Positions 15,410 to 23,663 of a stretch of DNA of 27,612 nucleotides are shown piece by piece. Each line of letters starts with the position of its first letter. The stretch's first letter is position 1. The translations under genes were made by a program, and so were the position numbers. The notes below the pieces were generated by a model. The model saw only the letters and a list, made by a program, of their open reading frames with translations. It was not told the origin of the DNA and ran no database searches. The stretch comes from Anaerolineales bacterium (GTDB lineage Bacteria > Chloroflexota > Anaerolineae > Anaerolineales > Villigracilaceae), in NCBI GenBank assembly GCA_049514195.1, contig JBEKVG010000001.1, positions 1 through 27,612 of the forward strand, written 5' to 3'.

Positions 15410-16966
15410 TCACCTTTGAATTTGATTGGCTGTACTGTTTCCATCAAAGTTTTGGATCACCACGCCGTTGCGCGTGAGTGTGCCAACATATTCCTCGCCC
15501 TTCCCGGCAGATATCCAGCCGCTCAGGTTGAATGGGACCGGACCCAGCGCAGACATCCACTCGCCGTTGAACTTTCGCGCCAGGTGGACGTGTATGCCAG
15601 TGGCTTCCCCTCCCTCGCAAGACGGATGCCCCACCCAGTCGCCGGCGTGCAGCATCGTGCCAGGCTGGACCCGGTCACGGCTCTCGATATGCATGTAGAG
15701 GATGACCCAGCCGGTGCCCTCGTTGCCATCCTCGTCCAGATCCAGGATCACCTCGCCGTTACCAGTACGCGTCACCAAGCCATCCGCCACTGCCGTGACC
15801 CAGGCATCGGACTCATCATCGCATTGGGTATCGCCAGGAGGGGCGAAATCCAGCGCCCCATAGGGAGTGCCGTCAAGCCAAGCCAGGTGCGGGCCCCCGG
15901 TGAAGAACCAGATCTCGCCCGTGCCAAACGGCAGGCTCAGCATAGGCTGGACCAGATGGGCTGGGACGAGCGGTTCGATCGTTAGGTCAAACGGGTAGCC
16001 AAAGAGCTTGTAGTAAGTATCAAAGAATCCGCCCGGCGATACATCCCGTAACCAGGTGGAATAATTATCCAGTTGGGCGAAGAAATTCTGCACACCGGCT
16101 GTCCCGGCGTTGATCGTTGGAGCAATCGGGACAACGGAACCATCCGCCAACACCCAACTGGTGACAGCATTTGAGCGCCAGCGGTAGTAGCCGCCGTTAA
16201 GTTGGATGGTCGCCCACTCCAACTGACGGTACAGGCCGTGATACCAGGCATCCGAGAAGCCAAAAGGCTGTTCATCCAGAGCTGGGTCTGGATTGGTCTT
16301 TGTCAGCCAGCCGGAACGATATTCTAATAGCGCCAGCAGGAGGCGCGGGTTGATCGAGGATTCCTTTGCAGCAAGTTCCACGACCTGCGCAGCGGTCAAG
16401 GTTACTCCATTTACAGCCTGAGTGTAATTCGCCAGGTGACCTGCCTTGCTGCGGATAAAGGCGTCCACATCCGTCTGGGTACTGAGTGGCCCGTATACCA
16501 GTTCGGAATCAGGGATTATTTTATCGGCTGGGCCAGTTGGCTGAGGGGATACGACCGGGATGGTCAGCGTCTGTCCCACTTCCAACGTATTCTCGTCCGT
16601 GATGTTGTTGGCCTGAGCCAGCGTCTGAACCCCGATGCTGTACTTTTGCGCTATCGCGCTGAGCATGTCTCCAGATTGGACAACATAGGTCTGCGGGCTG
16701 CGCAGTGTCCCAATCTGATAATGCGCGGCATCCGGCGTAGGCGTCAAGATGGGCGACCCCGGAATCCGCGTTGGCGGGATGCTGTAGGATAAGGTTGGGG
16801 TGCCTGAGGCCGCCATGGTCGTATCTGGCTGGCCCGAAACCCAGATGGAAACGGGAGTAATCGATAGATTGGATGGTTTGGAGGTCCCGCACGCGCTCAA
16901 ACCTATATCCAGCACCGCCGCAACCATTATGCAGAGAGCAACCATCCAGAGATTTCGTGGAAACAT
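15410..16966 (-). CDS. Lipoprotein with LysM domain and LasA-like M23 metallopeptidase (copy 3), 518 aa
   Basis: Lipobox LSAC; LysM YVVQSGDMLSAIAQKY..ANNI..LEVGQTLTIP; GGPH-x12-D, YMH, SCEGGEATGIHVH. Confidence 0.88.
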   Translation of the reverse strand: MFPRNLWMVALCIMVAAVLDIGLSACGTSKPSNLSITPVSIWVSGQPDTTMAASGTPTLSYSIPPTRIPGSPILTPTPDAAHYQIGTLRSPQTYVVQSGDMLSAIAQKYSIGVQTLAQANNITDENTLEVGQTLTIPVVSPQPTGPADKIIPDSELVYGPLSTQTDVDAFIRSKAGHLANYTQAVNGVTLTAAQVVELAAKESSINPRLLLALLEYRSGWLTKTNPDPALDEQPFGFSDAWYHGLYRQLEWATIQLNGGYYRWRSNAVTSWVLADGSVVPIAPTINAGTAGVQNFFAQLDNYSTWLRDVSPGGFFDTYYKLFGYPFDLTIEPLVPAHLVQPMLSLPFGTGEIWFFTGGPHLAWLDGTPYGALDFAPPGDTQCDDESDAWVTAVADGLVTRTGNGEVILDLDEDGNEGTGWVILYMHIESRDRVQPGTMLHAGDWVGHPSCEGGEATGIHVHLARKFNGEWMSALGPVPFNLSGWISAGKGEEYVGTLTRNGVVIQNFDGNSTANQIQR

Positions 16967-16972
16967 GGCAGG

Positions 16973-16995
16973 ATTCTACCAGTTTCTGCTACAAT
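16973..16995. promoter_or_regulatory. Back-to-back extended -10 elements
   Basis: Minus: TGGTAGAAT (16981-16973), 6 nt before ATG16966. Plus: TGCTACAAT (16987-16995). Confidence 0.5.
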
Positions 16996-17003
16996 CATCA
17001 CAA

Positions 17004-17270
17004 CCTGAAACTTTCAGCAATTTGCTTGCCTATTCAAAATCACGATTGAACCTGAATCCTGCCTCCCCCATCTTCGGCTCTATTACCGCTACCCCTAAAC
17101 CCGGCTGGAGCAATACCGACATCCTTGGGCAATTCCGCAGGTATTTTAATGTACCAATGGCTTTCAACATAGATGTTAACGCGGCGGCTTTCGGCAAGTA
17201 TCACTGGCTCCCTGAAGACCGGGGGATTGATGCACAGGTCTATTTCACCAAAGGAAAGAGGAGCGACTGA
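17004..17270 (+). pseudogene. Remnant of a ROK-family sugar kinase (fructokinase-like)
   Basis: In-frame NLNPASPIFGSITATPKPGWSNTDILG..FNVPMAFNIDVNAAAFGKYHW..YFTKG matches the ROK core (G.ITATPK.GW, DVNAAALGE, Y.T.GTG). The N-terminal GGTK motif, the GIGSFGP segment and the C-terminal half are absent. Confidence 0.7.
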
Positions 17271-17518
17271 TGTCCAATAATACAAATGTAGTGGAACAGC
17301 ATGGCTGTATTGTTTGTGGAAAAATATACAACCTTTTAGTCATATATGATCCGGATGGCAGGTTGGTTGACTGTGCAGTTACCAGTCCCGGCGGGAATCG
17401 GGTTCAGGATGCCCACCGGCCTCTGGTTGCTTGTGTTAGGCACACGCCGGCGGAGATTAAGGCTGCCCTTGCTGACCATTATCCTGGTGAGGTAAAAGAA
17501 GACCTCGAAGACGATTGA
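17270..17518 (+). CDS. Small Cys-rich hypothetical protein, possible Zn-binder (82 aa)
   Basis: GAGGAG RBS; CIVC, a single C, then CVRH; acidic tail. Confidence 0.7.
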   Translation: MSNNTNVVEQHGCIVCGKIYNLLVIYDPDGRLVDCAVTSPGGNRVQDAHRPLVACVRHTPAEIKAALADHYPGEVKEDLEDD

Positions 17519-17545
17519 AATTATCTTTCCCTGCCAGCCACCTCA

Positions 17546-18247
17546 ATGGAGAAACTAATGATGAATCCCAATCGAAAATTCTGGAACGGACAACAACAGT
17601 TATTGCGCCAGTTACTCGCGCATGCAGATACCCACCAAAAAGCCATTGATCTGTTTCTAAGCCAGCACGCCATGCTCCACACTGCGGAGATGTCGCATGC
17701 CGGTTTGTGGTCTTTCGAAGATGAAATTCTGGAAGGAGTAACCTTACAGCAGATGCGTCAGATTCCCCGCAACTGCGATCACTCCATAGCCTGGATACTC
17801 TGGCACATGACCCGCATCGAAGACGTAACGATGAACCTGCTGGCATCCGGAAGGCCGCAAGTTCTATTCCGGGAGGACTGGCTCAAGCGGATGAATATTA
17901 CCATGCGTGATACCGGCAATGGTATGCCTATCGCCAAGATGGCGGACCTCAGCACAACGATAAACATTGAGGCGTTGCGCGCATATCGTCTGTCTGTTGG
18001 CCGCCGGACGCGCGAGATTACAAAGCTCCTCCAACCGGGACAACTGAAACAGAGAGTCGACCCAAGCCGCCTGCAACAAATAATCGCGCAGGGAGCCGTG
18101 CATGAGGCGGCCAGCGACCTGCTGGATTATTGGGGAGGACTAACGCTGGCAGGCCTCCTGTTGATGCCACCCACCCGGCATACCTTCATCCATTGGAACG
18201 AGGCATCGCGGGTGAAACAAAAACTTGGACTCTCGACAACCGTGTAA
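17546..18247 (+). CDS. DinB/DUF664-superfamily protein, 233 aa
   Basis: HSIAWILWHMTRIED..N and C-terminal RHTFIHWNE, the DinB metal-binding His pattern. Confidence 0.8.
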   Translation: MEKLMMNPNRKFWNGQQQLLRQLLAHADTHQKAIDLFLSQHAMLHTAEMSHAGLWSFEDEILEGVTLQQMRQIPRNCDHSIAWILWHMTRIEDVTMNLLASGRPQVLFREDWLKRMNITMRDTGNGMPIAKMADLSTTINIEALRAYRLSVGRRTREITKLLQPGQLKQRVDPSRLQQIIAQGAVHEAASDLLDYWGGLTLAGLLLMPPTRHTFIHWNEASRVKQKLGLSTTV

Positions 18248-18321
18248 TAAATACATTACCAGGAAGACACCCGTGGTCAGCACCCGGTAGCAGACGCCGG
18301 GCAGTGACCAGCTCATCCAGG

Positions 18322-18349
18322 TTTCACTTTTTCACCATTGGGTTATAAT
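18322..18349 (+). promoter_or_regulatory. sigma70-type promoter of the ftcD operon
   Basis: TTTCAC-N16-TATAAT; GGAGAG RBS before ATG18373. Confidence 0.5.
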
Positions 18350-18372
18350 CCTGGCGTTCTTTGGAGAGAGAT

Positions 18373-19911
18373 ATGCCAAATCCACTTGTCGAATGTATAC
18401 CTAATTTTTCTGAAGCCCGCCATCCGGAGGTGATCGAGGCCATCCTGGCCTCGATTATCTCCGTGCCAGAAATTGCCCTGCTCAACCAAAGTTCCGATAA
18501 CGACCACAATCGCAGTGTAGTTACATTTGCGGGGCCGCCCATGGCAGTCGAAGAAGCCGCGTTCCGGGCCATTCGGAAAGCCGCCGAGTTAATCAACCTC
18601 GATCAACATAGCGGTTCGCACCCCCGCATAGGTGCCACGGACGTGGTACCCTTGGTGCCAATCTCCGCTGTCACCATGGAGGATTGCGTCCAGATGGCGC
18701 GCAGGCTGGGCGAACGCGTTGGCAGGGAACTGAACATCCCTGTTTACTTATATGAAGAAGCCGCCACCCGTCCTGATCGCGTCAAATTGGAGAACATCCG
18801 TCGCGGGCAATATGAAGGGCTCAAAACAGAGATCGAAACGAATCCGGAGCGGCAACCGGACTTTGGTCCAGCCCGGCTTGGACCCGCCGGAGCCACCGTT
18901 ATCGGCGCACGCCAGCCACTCATCGCCTACAATGTCTACCTGAACAGTGACGATGTCAGCATTGCCAAAGCCATCGCCAAAAAGATCCGCCAGTCTTCCG
19001 GGGGGCTGCCATCCGTGAAGGCACTCGGGATGCTGGTGGAAGGAAGGGCACAGGTCTCGATGAACCTGACAAACTACCGCCAGACCTCTGTAAGGCGCGT
19101 GGTGGAGGCAATCCGCAGCGAAGCCAGGAAGCATGGTACAAAAATTCACCACTGCGAATTGGTCGGTCTGATCCCACAGGAGGCTTTGATCGATTCGGCG
19201 ATTTGGTATTTGAAATTGGAAGGATTCCAACCTGAGCAAATTTTGGAATATCAATTGTCAAAAGCCACCGCGCAGTCCAAGCCTATTACCAGCAGCACCT
19301 TCCTGGATGCCCTGGCGGCTGCCACTCCCACCCCTGGCGGCGGCTCTGCGGCTGCTCAAGCTGGAGCCATGGGCGCCGCCCTGGTAGCAATGGTCGCCCG
19401 ATTGACAATTGGTAAGAAGAAGTACGCCACGGTCGAAGCGCAGATGAATGAAATCCTGAACCAAGCCGAACGCCTGCGCCGGGAATTAACCGAGGCGGCG
19501 GAAGAAGATTCTGCTGCCTTTGAAGGCGTTCTGGCTGCTTTCAAACTGCCGCAAGAGTTGCCTGAGCAACAGACACAGCGCCTGGCCGCCATCGAGCAAA
19601 CCAGCCTGCACGCAGCACGAGTGCCCCTGGCAGTTGCCCAGAAGGCCGTGACCGTCATGGCACTGGCCGAGCGCTGTGCAGCCTTGGGCAACCTGAATGC
19701 CATCAGCGACGCGGCTTCCGCCTTGGCCCTGGCGCATGCCGCCCTGACCTCGGCCGGGTACAACGTACGCATCAACGTCAATGGACTGAGTGAAAAGACT
19801 GCCGGCGATAGTCTCCTGATCCAATTGCAGTCTCTCGAAGAACGCGCCAGGAAGCTGGAAAAAGACGTGCATAATTCACTGACAGAACGTGGGGGCATTT
19901 TCACAACATGA
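18373..19911 (+). CDS. ftcD: Bifunctional glutamate formimidoyltransferase / formimidoyltetrahydrofolate cyclodeaminase, 512 aa
   Basis: LVECIPNFSEAR..DNDHNRSVVT..HSGSHPRIGATDVVP..QVSMNL, followed by the cyclodeaminase domain PTPGGGSAAA..GAAL..MVARLT..GNLNAISDA. Confidence 0.95.
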   Translation: MPNPLVECIPNFSEARHPEVIEAILASIISVPEIALLNQSSDNDHNRSVVTFAGPPMAVEEAAFRAIRKAAELINLDQHSGSHPRIGATDVVPLVPISAVTMEDCVQMARRLGERVGRELNIPVYLYEEAATRPDRVKLENIRRGQYEGLKTEIETNPERQPDFGPARLGPAGATVIGARQPLIAYNVYLNSDDVSIAKAIAKKIRQSSGGLPSVKALGMLVEGRAQVSMNLTNYRQTSVRRVVEAIRSEARKHGTKIHHCELVGLIPQEALIDSAIWYLKLEGFQPEQILEYQLSKATAQSKPITSSTFLDALAAATPTPGGGSAAAQAGAMGAALVAMVARLTIGKKKYATVEAQMNEILNQAERLRRELTEAAEEDSAAFEGVLAAFKLPQELPEQQTQRLAAIEQTSLHAARVPLAVAQKAVTVMALAERCAALGNLNAISDAASALALAHAALTSAGYNVRINVNGLSEKTAGDSLLIQLQSLEERARKLEKDVHNSLTERGGIFTT

Positions 19912-20579
19912 AAGCCGGCATGGATCATGAACTTGACCTCTGGATTCACAGATTTGAATTGCAGCTAAGTTCTTCGGAACGGCAGTTTTTATCCGGCCTG
20001 GATAGCCCGGCAGCCATCCAGGCCTTCCTGAACACCGTCCCTTACAGTGAAGACGAATTCTATCGCTGCCCGCTGCGCCTCCTGCGTGACCGGAAAGGTC
20101 ACTGCTTCGACGGTGCTCTATTCGCGGCGATGGCATTGCGACGCATCGGCTTTCCCCCGCTGATCCTGGAACTCATTCCGAATGAGCGCGACGACGATCA
20201 TCTCTTGGCGCTGTTCAAAAAGAATGGCGGCTGGGGCGCTGTAGCCCAGTCGAATTTCAGTGGTCTGCGCTACCGTGAGCCAGTCTACCATAGCCTGCGC
20301 GAACTGGTCATGTCTTATTTCGAAGACCACTTCAATTCCGCCGGTGAAAGGACCCTACGCGGATACCGTGGCCCGATTCATTTGAAAACCTTCGACCACT
20401 TAGACTGGATGAATAGTGATGCGGGTCTGGAAACCATGTCCGACGGCTTGGACCGCTACCGCGTCCACTCCATCCTCTCAGATGAAATGGCTGCCAGTCT
20501 TTCCCTGGTGGATGAACGCAGTCTCAAAGCCGGGCTGATGGGAGCCAATCCAGCAGGGCTGTTCAAAGTTCCGGATTGA
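19908..20579 (+). CDS. Conserved hypothetical protein, transglutaminase/papain-like Cys-His candidate, 223 aa
   Basis: GHCFDGALFAA..DDDHLLA..WGAVAQSNFSGLRYREPVY. ATGA-coupled to ftcD. Confidence 0.7.
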   Translation: MKAGMDHELDLWIHRFELQLSSSERQFLSGLDSPAAIQAFLNTVPYSEDEFYRCPLRLLRDRKGHCFDGALFAAMALRRIGFPPLILELIPNERDDDHLLALFKKNGGWGAVAQSNFSGLRYREPVYHSLRELVMSYFEDHFNSAGERTLRGYRGPIHLKTFDHLDWMNSDAGLETMSDGLDRYRVHSILSDEMAASLSLVDERSLKAGLMGANPAGLFKVPD

Positions 20580-20730
20580 GCGGATGAGCAGTATCCATCG
20601 ATCAACAAAGCAATTACCAGCTCCGGGACACGACATGCCGCCAACTTGTTTGCCATGAAGAACCATTACCTGGTTACACCTTGGAATAGATGACAAATTT
20701 CCACTCATGCGAAAGAAAAGGATTTCTAAA

Positions 20731-21894
20731 ATGTTTACAGACCGAGTCAACTCCCTCCAGGCCGAAGGCGCTTACGCCGTCCTGGCACATGCCCAGGCGC
20801 TGGAAGCCCAGGGCCGAAAAATCCTTCACCTTGAAATTGGCCAGCCCGATTTCCCCACCTTCCCCAACGTCAGCCAGGCCGGTATAGAAGCAATCAAGCA
20901 AGGGCAAACGCGCTACACTTCTCCGGGCGGGATGCCGGCTCTGCGTGCAGCCATTGCTGGTTTCGTTTCCAGGCAGCTCGGCCTCAATATAGGACCGGAA
21001 TGTGTCGTTGTCGGACCGGGCGCCAAACCAGGACTTTTCTTCCCCACGCTGGCCTTGGTCAATCCCGGCGATGAGGTGCTCTATCCGGATCCCGGCTTTC
21101 CCACCTATCCAGCCATGATCCGGGTGGCGGGCGGGATCCCCGTCCCAGTCCCATTGCGTGAGGAGAACCAGTTCTCCTTTGACCTGCATGCCTTCGACGC
21201 CCGCATCTCGGACAAAACCCGCCTAATCGTGTTAAATTCCCCGGCCAATCCTACCGGCGGAGTGATCCCGCTGAATGACCTCAAACACGTTGCAGAGAAG
21301 GTCCGGGAGCATGATACATGGATTATGTCCGATGAAATTTATGCCCGCCTGGTTTACGATGGGCTGCGCGTGCCAAGTATTACCGCCCTGCCCGGAATGC
21401 TCGAGCGTACCATCATCGTGGACGGTTTCTCCAAGACCTATGCCATGACCGGCTGGCGGCTGGGGTACATGGTGATGCCCGAGACGCTGGCCGAACGCGT
21501 GGAACTTCTGCTGACGCATTCCATCGGTTGTACTGCCACCTTTACCCAGATTGCCGGGGTGGAAGCGTTGACTGGTCCCCAGGAAAAAGTGGCTGAAAAT
21601 GTTGCCGAGTACCAGCGCCGGCGTGACTATATCGTTTCCGGATTGAATGCTATCCCGGGAGTCAGTTGCCAGGTCCCGCAGGGTGCGTTTTACGTTTTCC
21701 CCAACGTTAAATCTTTCGGCATTTCATCAAAGGAGATTGCGAGGCGGATGATCGACGAGGCGGGTGTAGCCGTGCTAGCAGGTTCGGATTTCGGGTCCGG
21801 TGGCGAAGGCTATTTGCGGCTGTGTTATGCCACCTCATTGCAAGTCCTCCAGGAAAGCCTGGAAAAAATGGCGGCCTGGTTCAAGCTGCTTTAA
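20731..21894 (+). CDS. PLP-dependent aminotransferase class I/II (aspartate aminotransferase-like), 387 aa
   Basis: LEIGQPDF, LNSPANPTG, MSDEIY, DGFSKTYAMTGWRLG (PLP Lys), PQGAFYVF, GYLRLCYA. Confidence 0.95.
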   Translation: MFTDRVNSLQAEGAYAVLAHAQALEAQGRKILHLEIGQPDFPTFPNVSQAGIEAIKQGQTRYTSPGGMPALRAAIAGFVSRQLGLNIGPECVVVGPGAKPGLFFPTLALVNPGDEVLYPDPGFPTYPAMIRVAGGIPVPVPLREENQFSFDLHAFDARISDKTRLIVLNSPANPTGGVIPLNDLKHVAEKVREHDTWIMSDEIYARLVYDGLRVPSITALPGMLERTIIVDGFSKTYAMTGWRLGYMVMPETLAERVELLLTHSIGCTATFTQIAGVEALTGPQEKVAENVAEYQRRRDYIVSGLNAIPGVSCQVPQGAFYVFPNVKSFGISSKEIARRMIDEAGVAVLAGSDFGSGGEGYLRLCYATSLQVLQESLEKMAAWFKLL

Positions 21895-22083
21895 TTGAAA
21901 ATAGGGAGATTTTCATTTTATCCGCTAATCCACGCCAATCTCTGCTAATAATTTATAAAAATATGGAGAGTATGGCCAGCACTTTCGGCCATACTCTCAT
22001 AATATTCAATAATATGGAATGGGGGCTTCTCAATTTTCCGGTTTGCTCCTCACATTTATGAGCCATCTCCGTGTTAGGAGAAA

Positions 22084-22734
22084 TCATGCTTTTGCCGTTT
22101 TCCTGACGAGCACATTTATGTACAGCCAAGAAAAGCCAAAGGCCAGCGCCAGGCCAAAGATCAGATCGGCAATATAGTGCTGCTTGATGAGCAGGGTTGA
22201 GGCCACAATCAGTGCTGTCCAGATACTTAGTACAATCCCGAGCGGTTTATTCACCTTGACCCAGTGAATGGCCAGGATGGTGGACAGAGAGGTATGCAGA
22301 CTGGGAAAATCATTGAATTGATTATCCCCAGCATAGACATTCATGACCATTTTGGAGAAGGTGTCCGTTCCGGTCAATATCGGACGGATAACTTCACTCT
22401 GCAGGAAATAGTAGAAGCCATAACTGATGAACCACACTGTGATCATAGCCAGGCAAGCTGATTGGAAATACTTAGTCCTGAATAAAAGAAAGAGGATCAA
22501 TGTGGCATAGATATAGGGCTGCAGGGAATTGTAAGGGATGACAAAGACCGGTACTACTGGGATCGCTGAATCGAGCAGCGTGTGCAAATTGAGCACAGCC
22601 GGACCGTGATTCAGAAGAACATAGATCTGGCTTGTAAAATAAACGCCAATCGCCAGTAGGATGCTGAAGATGGCATTCTTCCAACCAGTACAAAAAATAC
22701 CCTGACCGAAAACACGCTGTAATGTTTCTTTCAT
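22084..22734 (-). CDS. PAP2-superfamily membrane enzyme (phosphatase or AUR1-like phosphotransferase), 216 aa
   Basis: Multiple TM helices; NDFPSLHTSLS and STLLIKQHYIADL motifs. Confidence 0.85.
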   Translation of the reverse strand: MKETLQRVFGQGIFCTGWKNAIFSILLAIGVYFTSQIYVLLNHGPAVLNLHTLLDSAIPVVPVFVIPYNSLQPYIYATLILFLLFRTKYFQSACLAMITVWFISYGFYYFLQSEVIRPILTGTDTFSKMVMNVYAGDNQFNDFPSLHTSLSTILAIHWVKVNKPLGIVLSIWTALIVASTLLIKQHYIADLIFGLALAFGFSWLYINVLVRKTAKA

Positions 22735-22812
22735 GAGTTCACCTCAATCCAGTCTTCTTTCCAAATAGAACCCCTTCACGGAAAATTAGTTGTCCAAATT
22801 ATACAAACATAT

Positions 22813-22824
22813 TCGTAATTACGA
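22813..22824. promoter_or_regulatory. Perfect 12-bp palindrome, candidate operator
   Basis: TCGTAATTACGA in the divergent PAP2/hypA intergenic region. Confidence 0.35.
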
Positions 22825-22861
22825 GACTAAGATCGGTTCATCTTTCATCAATTTCCAAGCA

Positions 22862-22889
22862 TTGACAAAACGCAATGCCATAGTATGAT
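22862..22889 (+). promoter_or_regulatory. sigma70-type promoter of the hyp cluster
   Basis: TTGACA-N16-TATGAT. Confidence 0.7.
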
Positions 22890-22928
22890 AATGACCTGCT
22901 CTGCCTAACCCATATCTTTGAGGCTTTT

Positions 22929-23303
22929 ATGCACGAAGGTGCACTGACCGAAAACCTGTTTGACCACGTACTCATCCATGCCAGGGAAGCTAACGCCCGC
23001 CATGTCACACGTGTCAAAGTGACGATTGGGGCACTTTCGGATGTCACGGCAGAGTCTATCCAGTTTTACTGGGATAGCCTGGCTCCTGGTACGCTCGCCG
23101 AAGGAGCACTGCTGGAATTCGAAACCGCCCCGGGCTCCGCCAGGTGCAATACATGCGGCGAAGAATTTGAAATAGACGAAGTGTATGCCAGCTGTCCCAA
23201 GTGCGGTGCTTTTCCGGTAACCGTTACTGGTGGAAATGGCGTGTATCTCTCCAGCCTGGAAGTCGAAACGGATGGCGACCAGCACGAACATATTCATGAA
23301 TAA
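22929..23303 (+). CDS. hypA: [NiFe]-hydrogenase maturation nickel chaperone HypA, 124 aa
   Basis: MHE start, VTRVKVTIGALSDV..ESIQFYW, CNTC and CPKC. Short His-rich tail QHEHIHE. Confidence 0.93.
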   Translation: MHEGALTENLFDHVLIHAREANARHVTRVKVTIGALSDVTAESIQFYWDSLAPGTLAEGALLEFETAPGSARCNTCGEEFEIDEVYASCPKCGAFPVTVTGGNGVYLSSLEVETDGDQHEHIHE

Positions 23304-23304
23304 T

Positions 23305-23392
23305 TGTCGTTGCGAGGGCCGGGGCTCTTCCGGCCCGAAGCAATCCCATAGCAAAAGAAGATTGCTTCGCCGAAGAACGGCTCGCAATGACA
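23305..23392. repeat. 88-bp palindromic REP/MITE-like element
   Basis: Terminal inverted repeats TGTCGTTGCGAG/CTCGCAATGACA, inner CGAAGCAATC/GATTGCTTCG, side hairpin GGGCCGG/CCGGCCC. Confidence 0.75.
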
Positions 23393-23414
23393 GGCGAAAC
23401 TTTAGAGGTGCCTT

Positions 23415-23663
23415 ATGTGTCTCGGAATCCCAGCAAAAGTGATTGAATTGTATGAAACCAATGGGTTGAAAATGGCTAAAGTTGACTTCGGAGGTGTGAT
23501 CAAGGAAGTCTGCATGGAATACCTGCCCGAAGCCAAACTCGGGGATTACACCATCGTGCATGTTGGATTTGGGTTGTCCATCCTGGATGAGCAGGAAGCT
23601 TTGGAAACGATGGAATTGCTCAAGCAGATAGACACTTTGGGGGACGAAGGAATGGCTGCGTGA
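23415..23663 (+). CDS. hypC: Hydrogenase maturation chaperone HypC, 82 aa
   Basis: [28 protein letters not shown]. Confidence 0.96.
   Translation: MCLGIPAKVIELYETNGLKMAKVDFGGVIKEVCMEYLPEAKLGDYTIVHVGFGLSILDEQEALETMELLKQIDTLGDEGMAA

Noticed and set aside
12691-15985. Long + strand ORFs 12691-13560, 13494-14228 and 15350-15985
   Set aside because: Antisense shadows of the GC-rich LysM-M23 genes, with no motifs or RBS.
17040-17285. 81-aa minus-strand ORF
   Set aside because: Antisense to the ROK remnant, which carries recognisable motifs on the + strand.
23230-23442. 70-aa ORF (..NNCRCEG..) as a hypB remnant
   Set aside because: It is translated from the palindromic element and has no HypB GTPase motifs.
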